From a bacterium (GTDB taxonomy: Bacteria; Patescibacteriota; Microgenomatia; Levybacterales; UBA12049): a stretch of DNA of 64,000 nt. Below, one piece after another: positions 1 to 9,834 of the stretch; the stretch's first letter is position 1, and the number at the start of each line of letters is the position of its first letter. Location of the stretch: assembly GCA_021777565.1 (NCBI GenBank), contig JAJYDJ010000001.1, positions 88,431 through 152,430 of the forward strand. The letters are read 5' to 3'. The position numbers and the translations under genes are program-made. The notes beneath the pieces are model-generated. The model did no database searches, was not told the DNA's origin, and was given only the letters and a program-made list of their open reading frames with translations.

Positions 1-1
1 A

Positions 2-568
2 GTGGCACAGGTATATGCAGAGCAACCAATGACCTTTGGAGCACTCGAAGAGAATGGTAGAGCGCTCGAAGCTCTTCAGGCACAGCGAGCTAAACTTAAT
101 TCAGGTAAAGATGCAGCTGCTATTGCACTGATCGATGCAAGAATTGCACGACGACAAGCACAGGCAGAGGCAATGCGTGGATTTGTTGTTGCTGGGATGA
201 ACGAGTCTGAGACAGCACCAGAACCAGTGCCGCTTCATCTGTCCTATCATCTCGCACCCACACCAGCAGAACAAACGTACTGGTGGCAAATAGCACAAAA
301 ACTTGGTGTTAGGCTAACCCCAGATACAATTGCCGAAGGGATGGCCTCTCTTCATATTACGCAACAATATGAGGCAATGACAGATGCTGTTGCCGCATTT
401 CAGGCAGATAGAACACGAGTACAACGAGGCGATATGAGTGATGAATCAATGTCTGCGTACGAAGCAAGCAGACAGAGACTTTTTGATGCGTTTGTTCAAC
501 TTCAGGGGACGGTTGTGGTACGATCTATGCACAGTGCTGATGCACGAAGATACCGAGCTTCGGCATAA
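2..568 (+). CDS. Hypothetical protein, probably 5'-truncated by the window edge
   Basis: Open frame from the window edge to TAA at 568; helical Ala/Gln-rich sequence; no recognised motif. Confidence 0.6.
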   Translation: MAQVYAEQPMTFGALEENGRALEALQAQRAKLNSGKDAAAIALIDARIARRQAQAEAMRGFVVAGMNESETAPEPVPLHLSYHLAPTPAEQTYWWQIAQKLGVRLTPDTIAEGMASLHITQQYEAMTDAVAAFQADRTRVQRGDMSDESMSAYEASRQRLFDAFVQLQGTVVVRSMHSADARRYRASA

Positions 569-587
569 CATGTGATATAGTAGTCTT

Positions 588-1139
588 ATGCAGGACTATA
601 TTATTCTCTGCGATGAGTCAGGTAATCACTTAGGCACAGCGCCGAAACTAGACTCACATAACGATCACACGCCACTGCATCTTGCTTTCTCGATCTTTAT
701 CTTTCGTAAAAATGGTGATGTCCTGCTTCAGCAGAGGAGTCATCTGAAAAAAACATGGCCTCTGATGTGGTCAAATACCTGCTGTGGGCATCAGAAGTTG
801 GATGAAGATTTAAAAACTACGGCACTGAAACGGCTTGAGTTTGAAATAGGGATTACTCAGGCAGATATAACTCTCATGCTTCCAAAGTTTCGTTACACCT
901 GTGAAAAAGATGGCATTGTGGAAAATGAAATTTGCCCTGTCTTTGTTGGGACGACTGAGCAAGAACCAACAGCAAACCCTGATGAAGTAGAAGCATGTGC
1001 CTGGATGCCATGGAGTGAGTGGATGGAAATTGTGAACAGGGATGATCAGGATTATTCTTACTGGTCCAAAAAAGAAACAAAAGAGCTTCTTGAGACGCCA
1101 GCCTTCCAAGACTTTTTAAAACAATTTAAGGAATCATAA
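588..1139 (+). CDS. idi: Isopentenyl-diphosphate delta-isomerase, type 1 (Nudix fold)
   Basis: Motifs LHLAFSIFIF, LLQQRS..KKTWPLMWSNTCCGH, ENEICPVF, NPDEV. Confidence 0.95.
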   Translation: MQDYIILCDESGNHLGTAPKLDSHNDHTPLHLAFSIFIFRKNGDVLLQQRSHLKKTWPLMWSNTCCGHQKLDEDLKTTALKRLEFEIGITQADITLMLPKFRYTCEKDGIVENEICPVFVGTTEQEPTANPDEVEACAWMPWSEWMEIVNRDDQDYSYWSKKETKELLETPAFQDFLKQFKES

Positions 1140-1695
1140 TTCCAAACTTACCAAGAAGCCTCACAATAGTATTCACAGGGAGTCCAACGACATTGTTATA
1201 ATCGCCATCAATTTTTTCAATCAGTGCGGCGCCAAGCCCTTGGATTTTGTATGCCCCTGAAGCATCTAGGTCATCTTCCTTCTCAATGTACCTTTCAATT
1301 TCTTCCTGAGTAAACGGTCTCATGACGATATTGGTGACGGTTGCTTCAGTCATCTCTTGGTCTTTGGTCAGGACGGTTGTCCCTGAGACTGCTTGATGCG
1401 TCTTGCCACTGAGCATGGTCAGCATTTCTCGAGCTTTTTCTTTGGTATGGGGCTTTCCAAGAAGTGCTCCTTCATAAACCACAAAAATATCATTGGCAAT
1501 AATAAGGGCATCAGGATGAGTTTTGAGTACATCATGCGCTTTGCCTGATGAAAGCTTTTTCGCCAGTTCTTCAGGAGTGAGGGGAAGTGTCATGTCTTCT
1601 TCATAACTACTGGGGATGGTTTCAAAGACAAGACCAAGTTGTTCAAGAATTTGTTTTTTACGAGGGGATTGTGAGGCAAGAATAATCTGTTGCAT
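1126..1695 (-). CDS. maf: Maf-family nucleoside triphosphate pyrophosphatase
   Basis: IILASQSPR, LGKP, LSGKTH, GAYKIQG, GDYNNVVGLP. Confidence 0.93.
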   Translation of the reverse strand: MQQIILASQSPRKKQILEQLGLVFETIPSSYEEDMTLPLTPEELAKKLSSGKAHDVLKTHPDALIIANDIFVVYEGALLGKPHTKEKAREMLTMLSGKTHQAVSGTTVLTKDQEMTEATVTNIVMRPFTQEEIERYIEKEDDLDASGAYKIQGLGAALIEKIDGDYNNVVGLPVNTIVRLLGKFGIMIP

Positions 1696-1772
1696 AGCAA
1701 AAGTGTAGCAAAATAGTCTCGTAGAGACAATGTGCTATAATCTGTGACAAATCTCACTTGTGAGTAAAAGAT

Positions 1773-2261
1773 ATGTCCTACGATGATCAGTATTCTTATG
1801 TCGGTAGTGAAGAGCCTTCTGGGGAAGAGGCGATGTTTCGGCTCGCGATGGAAATTGAGGCCAAACGTGAAGCCCTCGCCCAAGACCCTTTGGAAATGGC
1901 AGGAATTCGACTGGTAACCTTTGTCTCTACCTCTGCGGGGAAAGATGAGCATGGCGAACAAAGGACTCGTCAACCACGTGAAGTAGTGTTATTAGTTATG
2001 AAACACCCACTGTCTTCTCGAAGAGGCGTACTGGCCTATACGGTACAGGAGGATCATTTAGTACCACGTACTCAGGATAGAGGTGTTTTATCTGCTGGAG
2101 ATCAGCTGGCTTCAGAGCATTTGTGGGATATAGATGAGACTGATCGTACTGAAGATACACTCATTCAACGTGCATGGAGGAATTATGAAACACGAGAAAG
2201 TATTTTTCAGATGGAACTAGAACTACATCGAATGGAGCGTGAAGCGCGTACTGCAGAATAA
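1773..2261 (+). CDS. Hypothetical acidic protein
   Basis: 162-aa ORF; TGCTATAAT extended -10 at ~1733-1741 upstream. Confidence 0.6.
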   Translation: MSYDDQYSYVGSEEPSGEEAMFRLAMEIEAKREALAQDPLEMAGIRLVTFVSTSAGKDEHGEQRTRQPREVVLLVMKHPLSSRRGVLAYTVQEDHLVPRTQDRGVLSAGDQLASEHLWDIDETDRTEDTLIQRAWRNYETRESIFQMELELHRMEREARTAE

Positions 2262-2263
2262 GC

Positions 2264-2989
2264 TTATTTTCTCTTGTAAGAAATATATCCAACGAATACT
2301 GCGATAAGAACTCCTAAGAAAAGACTTACTACTCCAGTCCCAATACCCATACCACCAACTGATTGTGGTTTACCTACCCAGTCAGCAAATGAGGCACCAA
2401 AGGGACGTGTCAAAATATAGGCGATCCAGAACATAGCTACTTCATTAAGCCTGAGCGAGAAATAACCAATGGCGGGGAGTGCAAAAAGAATGGCAAAAAG
2501 TACTCCTGAAGTAAAGTAGCCCAGGTGCAGTGTGGTGGCAGTCATATCACCAACGGCTGTACCCAGAGCAAAGGTAGTGATAATAGTTGCCCAGTAGAAA
2601 AGCTCACGACGAACTGTGTAAATACTATGAATAGAGAGTGTTTTCTCAACGCTATACCAGACCACAAAAATGACAGCAAGGGACAGGGCAAAAAAGATTG
2701 ATGAGATGAGGTAAGGGATACCAAACCCCACATGGAGTACATCTGCTGCCATAGTCCCAAAGATGGCAACCATGACGACTGCCAACCAATACACCCATGG
2801 AATATATTTCTTCACCACAAATTGCAGTACAAGTGCAATGAGGAGGCCAACTCCACCCAGTCCTACTGCGATAATAGGATCAATTTTCTGAACTAAATAA
2901 TCAGAGGTGACTTCACCCATGGCAGTGGTAAGAAGTTTTATAATCCAAAAGAAGATAGTGACTTCAGGAACTTTCTTAAGAATGTTCAT
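2264..2989 (-). CDS. COG4705/DUF347 repeat membrane protein
   Basis: KVPEVTIFFWIIKLLTTAMGE, RRELFYWATIITTFALGTAVGD, FWIAYILTRPFGASFAD; start placed at ATG 2989, just after the upstream gene's stop. Confidence 0.85.
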   Translation of the reverse strand: MNILKKVPEVTIFFWIIKLLTTAMGEVTSDYLVQKIDPIIAVGLGGVGLLIALVLQFVVKKYIPWVYWLAVVMVAIFGTMAADVLHVGFGIPYLISSIFFALSLAVIFVVWYSVEKTLSIHSIYTVRRELFYWATIITTFALGTAVGDMTATTLHLGYFTSGVLFAILFALPAIGYFSLRLNEVAMFWIAYILTRPFGASFADWVGKPQSVGGMGIGTGVVSLFLGVLIAVFVGYISYKRK

Positions 2990-2990
2990 A

Positions 2991-3458
2991 TTATTCTTCA
3001 GGGATAACATATCCCAAGACATCAAAGTCTGGATGCCAGATTTCAAGCATATCTGTAGAGTCCTTGGCGTCGCGAATGAAAGGTGAGGTAGTAATATATT
3101 TCTCTCTAAATGCCGCAAAGTCTGGAACTGCATAATCTCCACAGCCAACCTGTAGACGATACGGGTCTACAATACGAACTCCCAGTGACGTTATATGTTG
3201 GTCATGAATCATTTGATCAACATGAACATAAAGGTTTTTATCTGAAGTGAAAGGCTCCTGTGGACCTTTTTTCTCAATGAGATTATATAAAAAGTCATAT
3301 TCTTCAGGGTAATGGGCAAATACTTTTACAATACTTACAGGAAGGGTTTGGTCGAGTACTTTCTGGGAGAGTTTTTGTAGTTCATCAACAAGATAGAGTA
3401 GTGATTCTTGGAGTTTCTCTTCACTCGTGATGGGGCTAAATCGATAAAAAGCAGACAT
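2991..3458 (-). CDS. Conserved hypothetical protein
   Basis: ORF containing KVFAHYPEEY and EIWHPDFDVLGY; start at ATG 3458 preceded by TACAAT. Confidence 0.7.
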   Translation of the reverse strand: MSAFYRFSPITSEEKLQESLLYLVDELQKLSQKVLDQTLPVSIVKVFAHYPEEYDFLYNLIEKKGPQEPFTSDKNLYVHVDQMIHDQHITSLGVRIVDPYRLQVGCGDYAVPDFAAFREKYITTSPFIRDAKDSTDMLEIWHPDFDVLGYVIPEE

Positions 3459-3552
3459 GTGACTATTGTAGTAGATTTTTATGTGATTTACCACACAAAT
3501 AACGTCTTATATTAGTTGAAAATATGCCTCATTTATAGTATACTCAGCTTCC

Positions 3553-4416
3553 ATGTACGAAGTAGAACCACAGGTATTGCATGAACGAGCTGAAATGCTT
3601 GCTGCAGTACTTACTGAATTTGACCAAGAGCATCCAGGAGAACTGCATGATCTTAATTTTGTGGAACAAAGAGAATATGAAGATCTCTGCTTAGTCTTTT
3701 TGGGTCTCAAACCTGCTACTACTCCTATTGGATCAGGACAAGAGCTACATCCTGACCTGATCGATCTCATGGCCAAGGCACTTGGCGAAGGTGCTGATGC
3801 TCATTTGCGCGTGGAGTATCAGTGGAATATGCCTCAAGTCATCTGGAATCCAGAACTCGTGAGGAGAGTTTTAGGTGAACACCCTGATATGGAATCCGCA
3901 CAAGCAGTTTTAGAAGCGCTAGATGGCGGAGAAGCATTGACGCAGTATCTATTTTGGTTAGATAGCTCGGAAGAAGTTGCAGATAGAGCGCTTTCTGGTA
4001 TGCTCTTTGGATTTCCACCAGCAGCTGCTGAAGGGATGATGGATCTTACTGATCAAATGGTTGAGATTATCCACGGCCTAGCATATGGAGAAAGACGTCA
4101 ATATCGGCAGGAAATCCCCGTTGGATGGGTCCTTTTTGACACTGAAGATTCACCAAATCCTCCTGACCGTGATCGATTTGGGGGAAGGGGCCCACGAGAG
4201 ATTTTCCTTGAAGAATGTGATCGATTGGTAGCAGCAGGGCAACTAGATCAAGCATTTGTCGATCAAGTACGACAACTCCATCCTGCCAATGTCCCTGGAA
4301 ATCCATATATTACCTTGGGGGATGCAACAGTCTTGGACGAAGGGAAACTTCGTTCACAATGGGCGCTTGCAGGAATACAAGGACAACTAAATCATATGTT
4401 TGGCGTGGTGGAATAA
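3553..4416 (+). CDS. Hypothetical acidic protein
   Basis: 287-aa ORF, TATACT 6-7 nt upstream; GMLFGFP motif, function unknown. Confidence 0.7.
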   Translation: MYEVEPQVLHERAEMLAAVLTEFDQEHPGELHDLNFVEQREYEDLCLVFLGLKPATTPIGSGQELHPDLIDLMAKALGEGADAHLRVEYQWNMPQVIWNPELVRRVLGEHPDMESAQAVLEALDGGEALTQYLFWLDSSEEVADRALSGMLFGFPPAAAEGMMDLTDQMVEIIHGLAYGERRQYRQEIPVGWVLFDTEDSPNPPDRDRFGGRGPREIFLEECDRLVAAGQLDQAFVDQVRQLHPANVPGNPYITLGDATVLDEGKLRSQWALAGIQGQLNHMFGVVE

Positions 4417-4417
4417 C

Positions 4418-4687
4418 TTAGAGATTTCTTCGGCCTTCGTATTCAGGGTCAACATCATTTAAATTTGGACAAGACATTGATCTGGCTTCTACGCGTGCAT
4501 CTGCAATTTGTCGTGCGGCGGTGAGTGCTTGCTCGGAGAGAATAGCTCCACTTGGCATCTGAAAGTTGATGGATTGGGGGCTTTCTAGTGGGGGGACACT
4601 GTGCGCAATCGTTTCAGCACGACGGCGAAAAAGACATTCTGTTGTCCCTGCAAGTTGGCAATCAAAACACATACGGTCAGGTTTCAT
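4418..4687 (-). CDS. Small hypothetical Cys-containing protein
   Basis: 89-aa ORF with CxxC..C; TGATATACT upstream on minus strand. Confidence 0.5.
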   Translation of the reverse strand: MKPDRMCFDCQLAGTTECLFRRRAETIAHSVPPLESPQSINFQMPSGAILSEQALTAARQIADARVEARSMSCPNLNDVDPEYEGRRNL

Positions 4688-4768
4688 CTTGGTGCGAGTA
4701 TATCAAAGCCCTATATTACTTTCAATAACAAGAGGTACGGTTGTGAGTTGATATAGAAACGTAACTGA

Positions 4769-5470
4769 CTAGAGGGGATAGAGAGTTCCGTCATAGCGTA
4801 GAAATTTCCCATTAAACTCGTCCTTCCAATTCTGAGCAATAGCCAGTATCTTTTGTGCCTGGTCATAGGGCATATCGGTACCAACAGGATTCATGTCTGT
4901 TTTGACACTGCCAGGATGGACGGCATAGGTTTTTATGTTAGTTGGCAAATCAGTCAAACTGCAAAACGTCATCATGTTCAGTGCTGTCTTACTGGCGCGG
5001 TAGCCATAATTTGCTGACGTATTTGGAATCTCATCATGATAGGAAGCCCTACAACTGGAAACATTCACAACAAAACTTTTTTCAGCTTTCATAAGGAGTG
5101 GAAGATAGGTTTTGACCATTAAAAGTGGGGCTATGGTATTAATGCTAATCATGTTTAGTAACGATTCACGATCCAGATCCTGAAGCAGTGTTACTTTTTC
5201 TTTGTGATTGTTGGTTGCACTATCTTTGTTCACACCTGCGTTATTAACTAGGAAGTCCAGATGATCGGTCTGCACACTCACCAGTTCAAAACTTTGTGCG
5301 ATAGATGTATCAGATGAAAGGTCGAGGGGAATGACATGCAGGTTCTCTCGCTGTGGGGTGTTTTGAGGCTGTCTCTCTCCAGAAAAGACCACATATCCCC
5401 GGTCTAAAAGATAGTCAACAAATCCTTTTCCAAGGCCTTTCCCGCCACCGGTAACGAATGCTGTCATCAT
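4769..5470 (-). CDS. Short-chain dehydrogenase/reductase (CsgA/C-factor-like)
   Basis: TGGGKGLG, NNAG, YRASK, HPGSVKTDM. Confidence 0.92.
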   Translation of the reverse strand: MMTAFVTGGGKGLGKGFVDYLLDRGYVVFSGERQPQNTPQRENLHVIPLDLSSDTSIAQSFELVSVQTDHLDFLVNNAGVNKDSATNNHKEKVTLLQDLDRESLLNMISINTIAPLLMVKTYLPLLMKAEKSFVVNVSSCRASYHDEIPNTSANYGYRASKTALNMMTFCSLTDLPTNIKTYAVHPGSVKTDMNPVGTDMPYDQAQKILAIAQNWKDEFNGKFLRYDGTLYPL

Positions 5471-5487
5471 GAGTTTAGTATAGCAAA

Positions 5488-5919
5488 TTAACTCACGGTA
5501 CGCCTGAGTGAGACACGCTCTGGATCACTCGTATCAGCCTCCAGCCTATCTTTCCACTCTCCCTGTCTGAGATAGGAGAGTCCATTATCTGTGCCTCGTG
5601 TACGCTCTGCTCTTCGTGAGCTGGTGTATTGGCCAATAATGCCTTGATCGAGCATCTGACCAAGCGCTTCAGCACCGAGATATTTGACGTGACCAGGCAA
5701 TACCTCAAGAACTGCACCAGTCTCACCATCACATCTGACTTTGTTTGAGAAAAAGGTTGTTCTGGTGAAAGTTCCGGTCTCCTCGTCCCATGAACCCTTC
5801 ATGGTTATGACCTCACCGCCTGCAGTAACTCGAAATTTTGCTTCATCACCTGCAATATCCTGCTCGATACGTGCGCGTTTGCCTGCGTGGGAAAATACTC
5901 CTGCCTCTTCAAATGCCAT
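5488..5919 (-). CDS. Hypothetical protein
   Basis: 143-aa ORF; GGTATACT -10 upstream. Confidence 0.55.
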   Translation of the reverse strand: MAFEEAGVFSHAGKRARIEQDIAGDEAKFRVTAGGEVITMKGSWDEETGTFTRTTFFSNKVRCDGETGAVLEVLPGHVKYLGAEALGQMLDQGIIGQYTSSRRAERTRGTDNGLSYLRQGEWKDRLEADTSDPERVSLRRTVS

Positions 5920-5987
5920 AGAGGGGTAGTATACCTATTTTTGAAGCAGAAATCAATCCTATAATAGTCGATGAAGAGGAAGAGAGA

Positions 5988-6746
5988 CTATCTGTACCTA
6001 CTGTCTTTTCTCAACTCTTCTTCTGAAGGAGCAGTATTCCAATCCTCAACAAATAGTTCTTCAGCGAACCCTTTGGGGTAAATCCCAGGTTTGACCGCCA
6101 AGAGGGTAGTGCTGATCCCATCGTCGTAGGTAACCACGTCGTAGTTAAATGGTTCGCCCTCCAATATCGCTTCCATCCTGTCTGCTGTCTGAAATCCTGT
6201 CCTTTGGTTAAATGCGAGTTCATCACCGGTTGCATTATGTCTAGCAAAGCATGCTTTGATAACCCCACCTGGAGCCAAGTACCTATCCATTTGGTACGCA
6301 ACTAGCTCTGGGGCTGCACTATAGGCGATTGAATTTGATCCCAAAAATGCTCCAACTGTTCCTGGCTCTATGCCTGGCAAAGATAGTCCTTCTGCTGAAG
6401 TCATGTGGGTACGGGCTCTCCCTAAGTATCGATCTACTTGTGTTGGCATGCTCAGCACGGTGGCATGAAAATTAAGTCCTCTTGCCTGCTCAGTCCGTGA
6501 AAGTTCAAAAATACCACGCGTAGTGCCTTCACCCAAACCAACAATCGTGGGTCTGCCAATACATTTGAGATGGGCTAGTGTAGCATTCAAACCGCCAAGC
6601 CCGCCTATATAATAGGCTGCTTCGCGGTCAGTAATGTATGCTGGCTCTGATTTGGTCCTTTCAATTTCTCTGATTCTTCGAATCTGTGCTGCTGCGGCAT
6701 TGCGCTCAACGGATCCTTTCTCGATAGCTGTCTCAACATGAGTCAT
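5988..6746 (-). CDS. Hypothetical protein, possible divergent class I SAM-methyltransferase fold
   Basis: IVGLGEGT (motif I-like) and YLAPGGVI (LxPGG motif). Confidence 0.5.
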   Translation of the reverse strand: MTHVETAIEKGSVERNAAAAQIRRIREIERTKSEPAYITDREAAYYIGGLGGLNATLAHLKCIGRPTIVGLGEGTTRGIFELSRTEQARGLNFHATVLSMPTQVDRYLGRARTHMTSAEGLSLPGIEPGTVGAFLGSNSIAYSAAPELVAYQMDRYLAPGGVIKACFARHNATGDELAFNQRTGFQTADRMEAILEGEPFNYDVVTYDDGISTTLLAVKPGIYPKGFAEELFVEDWNTAPSEEELRKDSRYR

Positions 6747-6845
6747 TTGCGAAAGATATCAGAGAAGCGAGGAGAAGTCAACCTATAATAAATTCTTTGA
6801 TTTTTAAAGATCCTGTGATCTTACTTTTTTTGTTATAATTTCTTA

Positions 6846-7826
6846 ATGTTTCCTGACGTGTTGGTCCCCACATTGCAGAATAAAGAGAAGGCGGCGTTGC
6901 TATTAAAAAGTTACGGGAAAGATACCCTTTCATACTTTCATCTCCAGGAAGAACGTCAACATTTTTTCTCTCCTTCTGGAAAGTCCTTTCTGTCATTTAA
7001 GGTGCTTAACCGTGTCGCTATCGTCGCCGCGGATCCCGTGGGCCTCTCATCTGAGCTCCCAATCCTTCTGAAAGCATTCCTTGATTATACTAAGACATGG
7101 AAGTTAGTGCCGTGTTTTGTCGGACTAAGTGCCACATACATCTCATGTATACAATCCTATGGACTTAAGACGAAAAAAATCGGGGAGGAGGCAATTTTGT
7201 GCACAGAGCATTTTCAAAGAGAAAATTTGAAGAAAAAAGTGAAACATACACTGCGACATTTGGAAAAAGAAAATAGTGAGGTGTTCTTTTTTACATCCAA
7301 AAATTTGCCAGATGCAATACGCCAACAATTGAAGATGATTTCTCAGAGTTGGATTCAGAAAAAAGGTGGAAAAGAGAAAGGATTTTCAATGACCCTGAAA
7401 AGACTGCCTAATGAATCAGATGAGGATTGTCTTTTTGCCGTTGCGATGCATAGGGATCTTGCCTTGGGATATCTTTGTTTTGTGCCAATTTATAAGTCAG
7501 CAACATTGTCTTTGGATCAAGCTCGTCAAAAGAGTGATGCACCCAACGGGCTCAATGAACTTTTGATCATAAAATCTGCAGAATACTTTAGAGAAAGAGG
7601 TATAAAGAAATTAAGTCTGAATTTTGCTGCATTCTCACAGGTCACAACGCCAAAAACAGGAATAAAAAAAACAGTGTATGAAATCTTGGGAAATCTATAT
7701 AAAAGTAATACGCTTAGAAAGTTTAATGAAAAATTTCTGCCTTCATGGGAAGATAGGTATATTGCCTATCAGAGCCTTGGTCACATGCCACTATGTTTAC
7801 TCGCCATTTTACGTGCAGAGAGATAG
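6846..7826 (+). CDS. DUF2156 / aminoacyl-phosphatidylglycerol synthase catalytic domain (MprF/LysX C-terminal), stand-alone
   Basis: DTLSYF, DPVG, KIGEEA, EKGFSMTL, DAPNGLNE, LSLNFAAF, KFNEKFLPSWEDRY. Confidence 0.88.
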   Translation: MFPDVLVPTLQNKEKAALLLKSYGKDTLSYFHLQEERQHFFSPSGKSFLSFKVLNRVAIVAADPVGLSSELPILLKAFLDYTKTWKLVPCFVGLSATYISCIQSYGLKTKKIGEEAILCTEHFQRENLKKKVKHTLRHLEKENSEVFFFTSKNLPDAIRQQLKMISQSWIQKKGGKEKGFSMTLKRLPNESDEDCLFAVAMHRDLALGYLCFVPIYKSATLSLDQARQKSDAPNGLNELLIIKSAEYFRERGIKKLSLNFAAFSQVTTPKTGIKKTVYEILGNLYKSNTLRKFNEKFLPSWEDRYIAYQSLGHMPLCLLAILRAER

Positions 7827-8414
7827 TTACTTACTCATAAGCATGTATGCTGCTAATGCAGCCATACCGAAATCCTCGATAAGGGTAATCTTTGTCAAAG
7901 GCACTTTCAGAAGTGTACCAAGACAAGCGCATTGGAACTTTTCATGTCTGACAAGTTTTAGCGCGACTCCAATACCACTAAATACCATGACCATAATTTC
8001 CACCATGAGGATTATACGTACTTGGAAGTTGAGTATCATAGCTATGGCAAAAAATAATTCGATAAATGGATACACATATCCGTATCCGAACAGTCTTTTG
8101 GCAAGAAGGTCATAGGTTGCGTACCCTTCTGCAAACCCTGATAGGTCTATGAGTTTAAACCCAGAGAAAACAAGAAAGAACCCAATCATGAAATTGTAGA
8201 TCACTTTTGTCCCAGAAAATTCTGAGCTGCTGGAGATAATAAGTGATGTGAGAAGAATGAGCCCAATGATAATAAAAAGTGGCATGTAGCTTGCGGCTTT
8301 TTCTCCTTGCGTCTGTCGCTCGGATTTTAAGACGAGCTTCATCCCACACTTGGGGCATGCGCCCGGGGACTTTTGAGTAACTTCAGGGTGCATGGGGCAG
8401 ACGTATGTGTCCAT
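7827..8414 (-). CDS. Heavy-metal-binding domain (YxCPMHP..CPKCGM) fused to MauE/DoxX-type membrane domain
   Basis: YVCPMHPEV..GACPKCGMKL; YDLLAK..YPFIE; CACLG. Confidence 0.88.
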   Translation of the reverse strand: MDTYVCPMHPEVTQKSPGACPKCGMKLVLKSERQTQGEKAASYMPLFIIIGLILLTSLIISSSSEFSGTKVIYNFMIGFFLVFSGFKLIDLSGFAEGYATYDLLAKRLFGYGYVYPFIELFFAIAMILNFQVRIILMVEIMVMVFSGIGVALKLVRHEKFQCACLGTLLKVPLTKITLIEDFGMAALAAYMLMSK

Positions 8415-8519
8415 ACCTCTATGATAGCAGACCCGTCAAGCAAAAATGGATATCCGTAGGCAGCCTATTGGGGATTGAGGATCCTTGCGCTCAGGTGGAA
8501 TATATCCTATAATACTAAA

Positions 8520-9008
8520 ATGACTACTGAATGTTCATTCCAAATTTATCATAATGATGGATTACAGACTATTGACGGGTCTATCATCCGAGAGGTTGCT
8601 CAGCTTTCCAGGGATTGGGAAATCGAGCACCAAGGTGGTGATACTACACGTGTCCCTGCAGTTAGTGAGTATGAGCAGACCCTACAGGCAGACTGTGAAC
8701 TGAGTGATCGTACGATAATCGTTTTAGCTACCTTTGTAGGTACGGTTGTAGGGTATATTGTTGCTAATTCTCATCGTACAGATTCTGCTACAATGGCCCT
8801 TCAAGATATGTATGTAGGTGCAGAACATAGGCAGATGGGAATTGGAAGGAAACTGTTAAACTCATTGGAGGATGAAGCAAAGCAGGCCGGTGTTACGACG
8901 GTCGTTGCAGAAATACAAACCAGTGAAGGGAGACAACTTCTTTTGGGCAGTGGGTATGTATCAGATTCTGATGATGCTATCGCATCCCATATCCTCACGC
9001 AAGAGTAA
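8520..9008 (+). CDS. GNAT family N-acetyltransferase
   Basis: MYVGAEHRQMGIGRKLL acetyl-CoA motif A. Confidence 0.8.
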   Translation: MTTECSFQIYHNDGLQTIDGSIIREVAQLSRDWEIEHQGGDTTRVPAVSEYEQTLQADCELSDRTIIVLATFVGTVVGYIVANSHRTDSATMALQDMYVGAEHRQMGIGRKLLNSLEDEAKQAGVTTVVAEIQTSEGRQLLLGSGYVSDSDDAIASHILTQE

Positions 9009-9020
9009 GGCGGGATAGAT

Positions 9021-9599
9021 TCAGCCTTTTCTAAATATCTGGAGTCCTTCTTTAAAACCGTAATAGACAATGATGAAACCGGCTAGAGGGTCTGCCCACC
9101 AAAGCCCAAATACAGCATTTAATAAAAGACCAACCAGAACAGAGGTTGCAAGAAGGCCATCAACTATGGTTACTTTTGCTTCCTTCTTCAAGACAGGGTT
9201 ATCGAGTGCTTGTCCCACTTTTGATTTACCAAAAGCAAGTAGGTACATAGCAATGGCAGTAGCGAAAATCCAAAAAATGCCTAAAACTGAGGTGTGGGCA
9301 TGAAACCTGGTGAGAATGACAACTGCTGATTGAATAAATATATAGAGTGCAAGGAGCAAAAAGGCAACACAGATAAGATTTTCAGCGAGTTTTTCTTTAT
9401 CTTTATTGATCGATTTTAGCTGCCATACAACAACAATGGAGGCAAATATCTCAATGACACTGTCTATGCCAAACCCTGCCAATGCCACGGACTTGGCAGA
9501 AAATGCCGTTGTGAGGACAATCCAACATCCAACAACATTCCAAAAAAGAGTTATATACTCTAGCCAAAGACCGTGAGTGATAGAGCCTCCTTTAGTCAT
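9021..9599 (-). CDS. Cation (CDF-like/TMEM163-like) transporter membrane domain
   Basis: SVALAGFGIDSVIE, GLWWADPLAG; 5-6 hydrophobic segments. Confidence 0.8.
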   Translation of the reverse strand: MTKGGSITHGLWLEYITLFWNVVGCWIVLTTAFSAKSVALAGFGIDSVIEIFASIVVVWQLKSINKDKEKLAENLICVAFLLLALYIFIQSAVVILTRFHAHTSVLGIFWIFATAIAMYLLAFGKSKVGQALDNPVLKKEAKVTIVDGLLATSVLVGLLLNAVFGLWWADPLAGFIIVYYGFKEGLQIFRKG

Positions 9600-9658
9600 G
9601 TGTTTAGTATACCAAAAACCGAAGCAAGAAAGTCTAGATAATGCCTTGTTTTTTCTCT

Positions 9659-9676
9659 TGCAGGGGTGGAGGGAAT
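9659..9676 (+). repeat. 18-bp direct repeat of the tRNA-Trp 3' end (TGCAGGGGTGGAGGGAAT)
   Basis: Identical to 20899-20916. Confidence 0.95.
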
Positions 9677-9794
9677 ATGAGCTTGCTCGCTTTGCTGCGC
9701 TTCCTCATGTAATTGAGGATAGTGATCCTCGCTTTGCTCGTTTTCACTATCTACTCAATTATCTGAACCCATGGGCTTGATTCTACACCCACTC

Positions 9795-9833
9795 AAAAAT
9801 AAAAAGACCAGACTAAAGTCTGGCATTTTATTC
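9795..9833 (-). terminator. Intrinsic terminator oriented for tRNA-Trp-direction transcription
   Basis: CCAGACT-AA-AGTCTGG hairpin (9808-9823) followed by a T-rich tract on the minus strand. Confidence 0.7.
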
Positions 9834-9834
9834 T

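Noticed and set aside
9577-9780. 67-aa ORF containing QGWRE
   Set aside because: Translation of the tRNA repeat and hairpins; overlaps the start of the opposite-strand transporter
9659-9790. Intron-containing second tRNA-Trp
   Set aside because: After GAACCC the sequence mirrors the T-arm instead of continuing into anticodon and D arms; no complete cloverleaf
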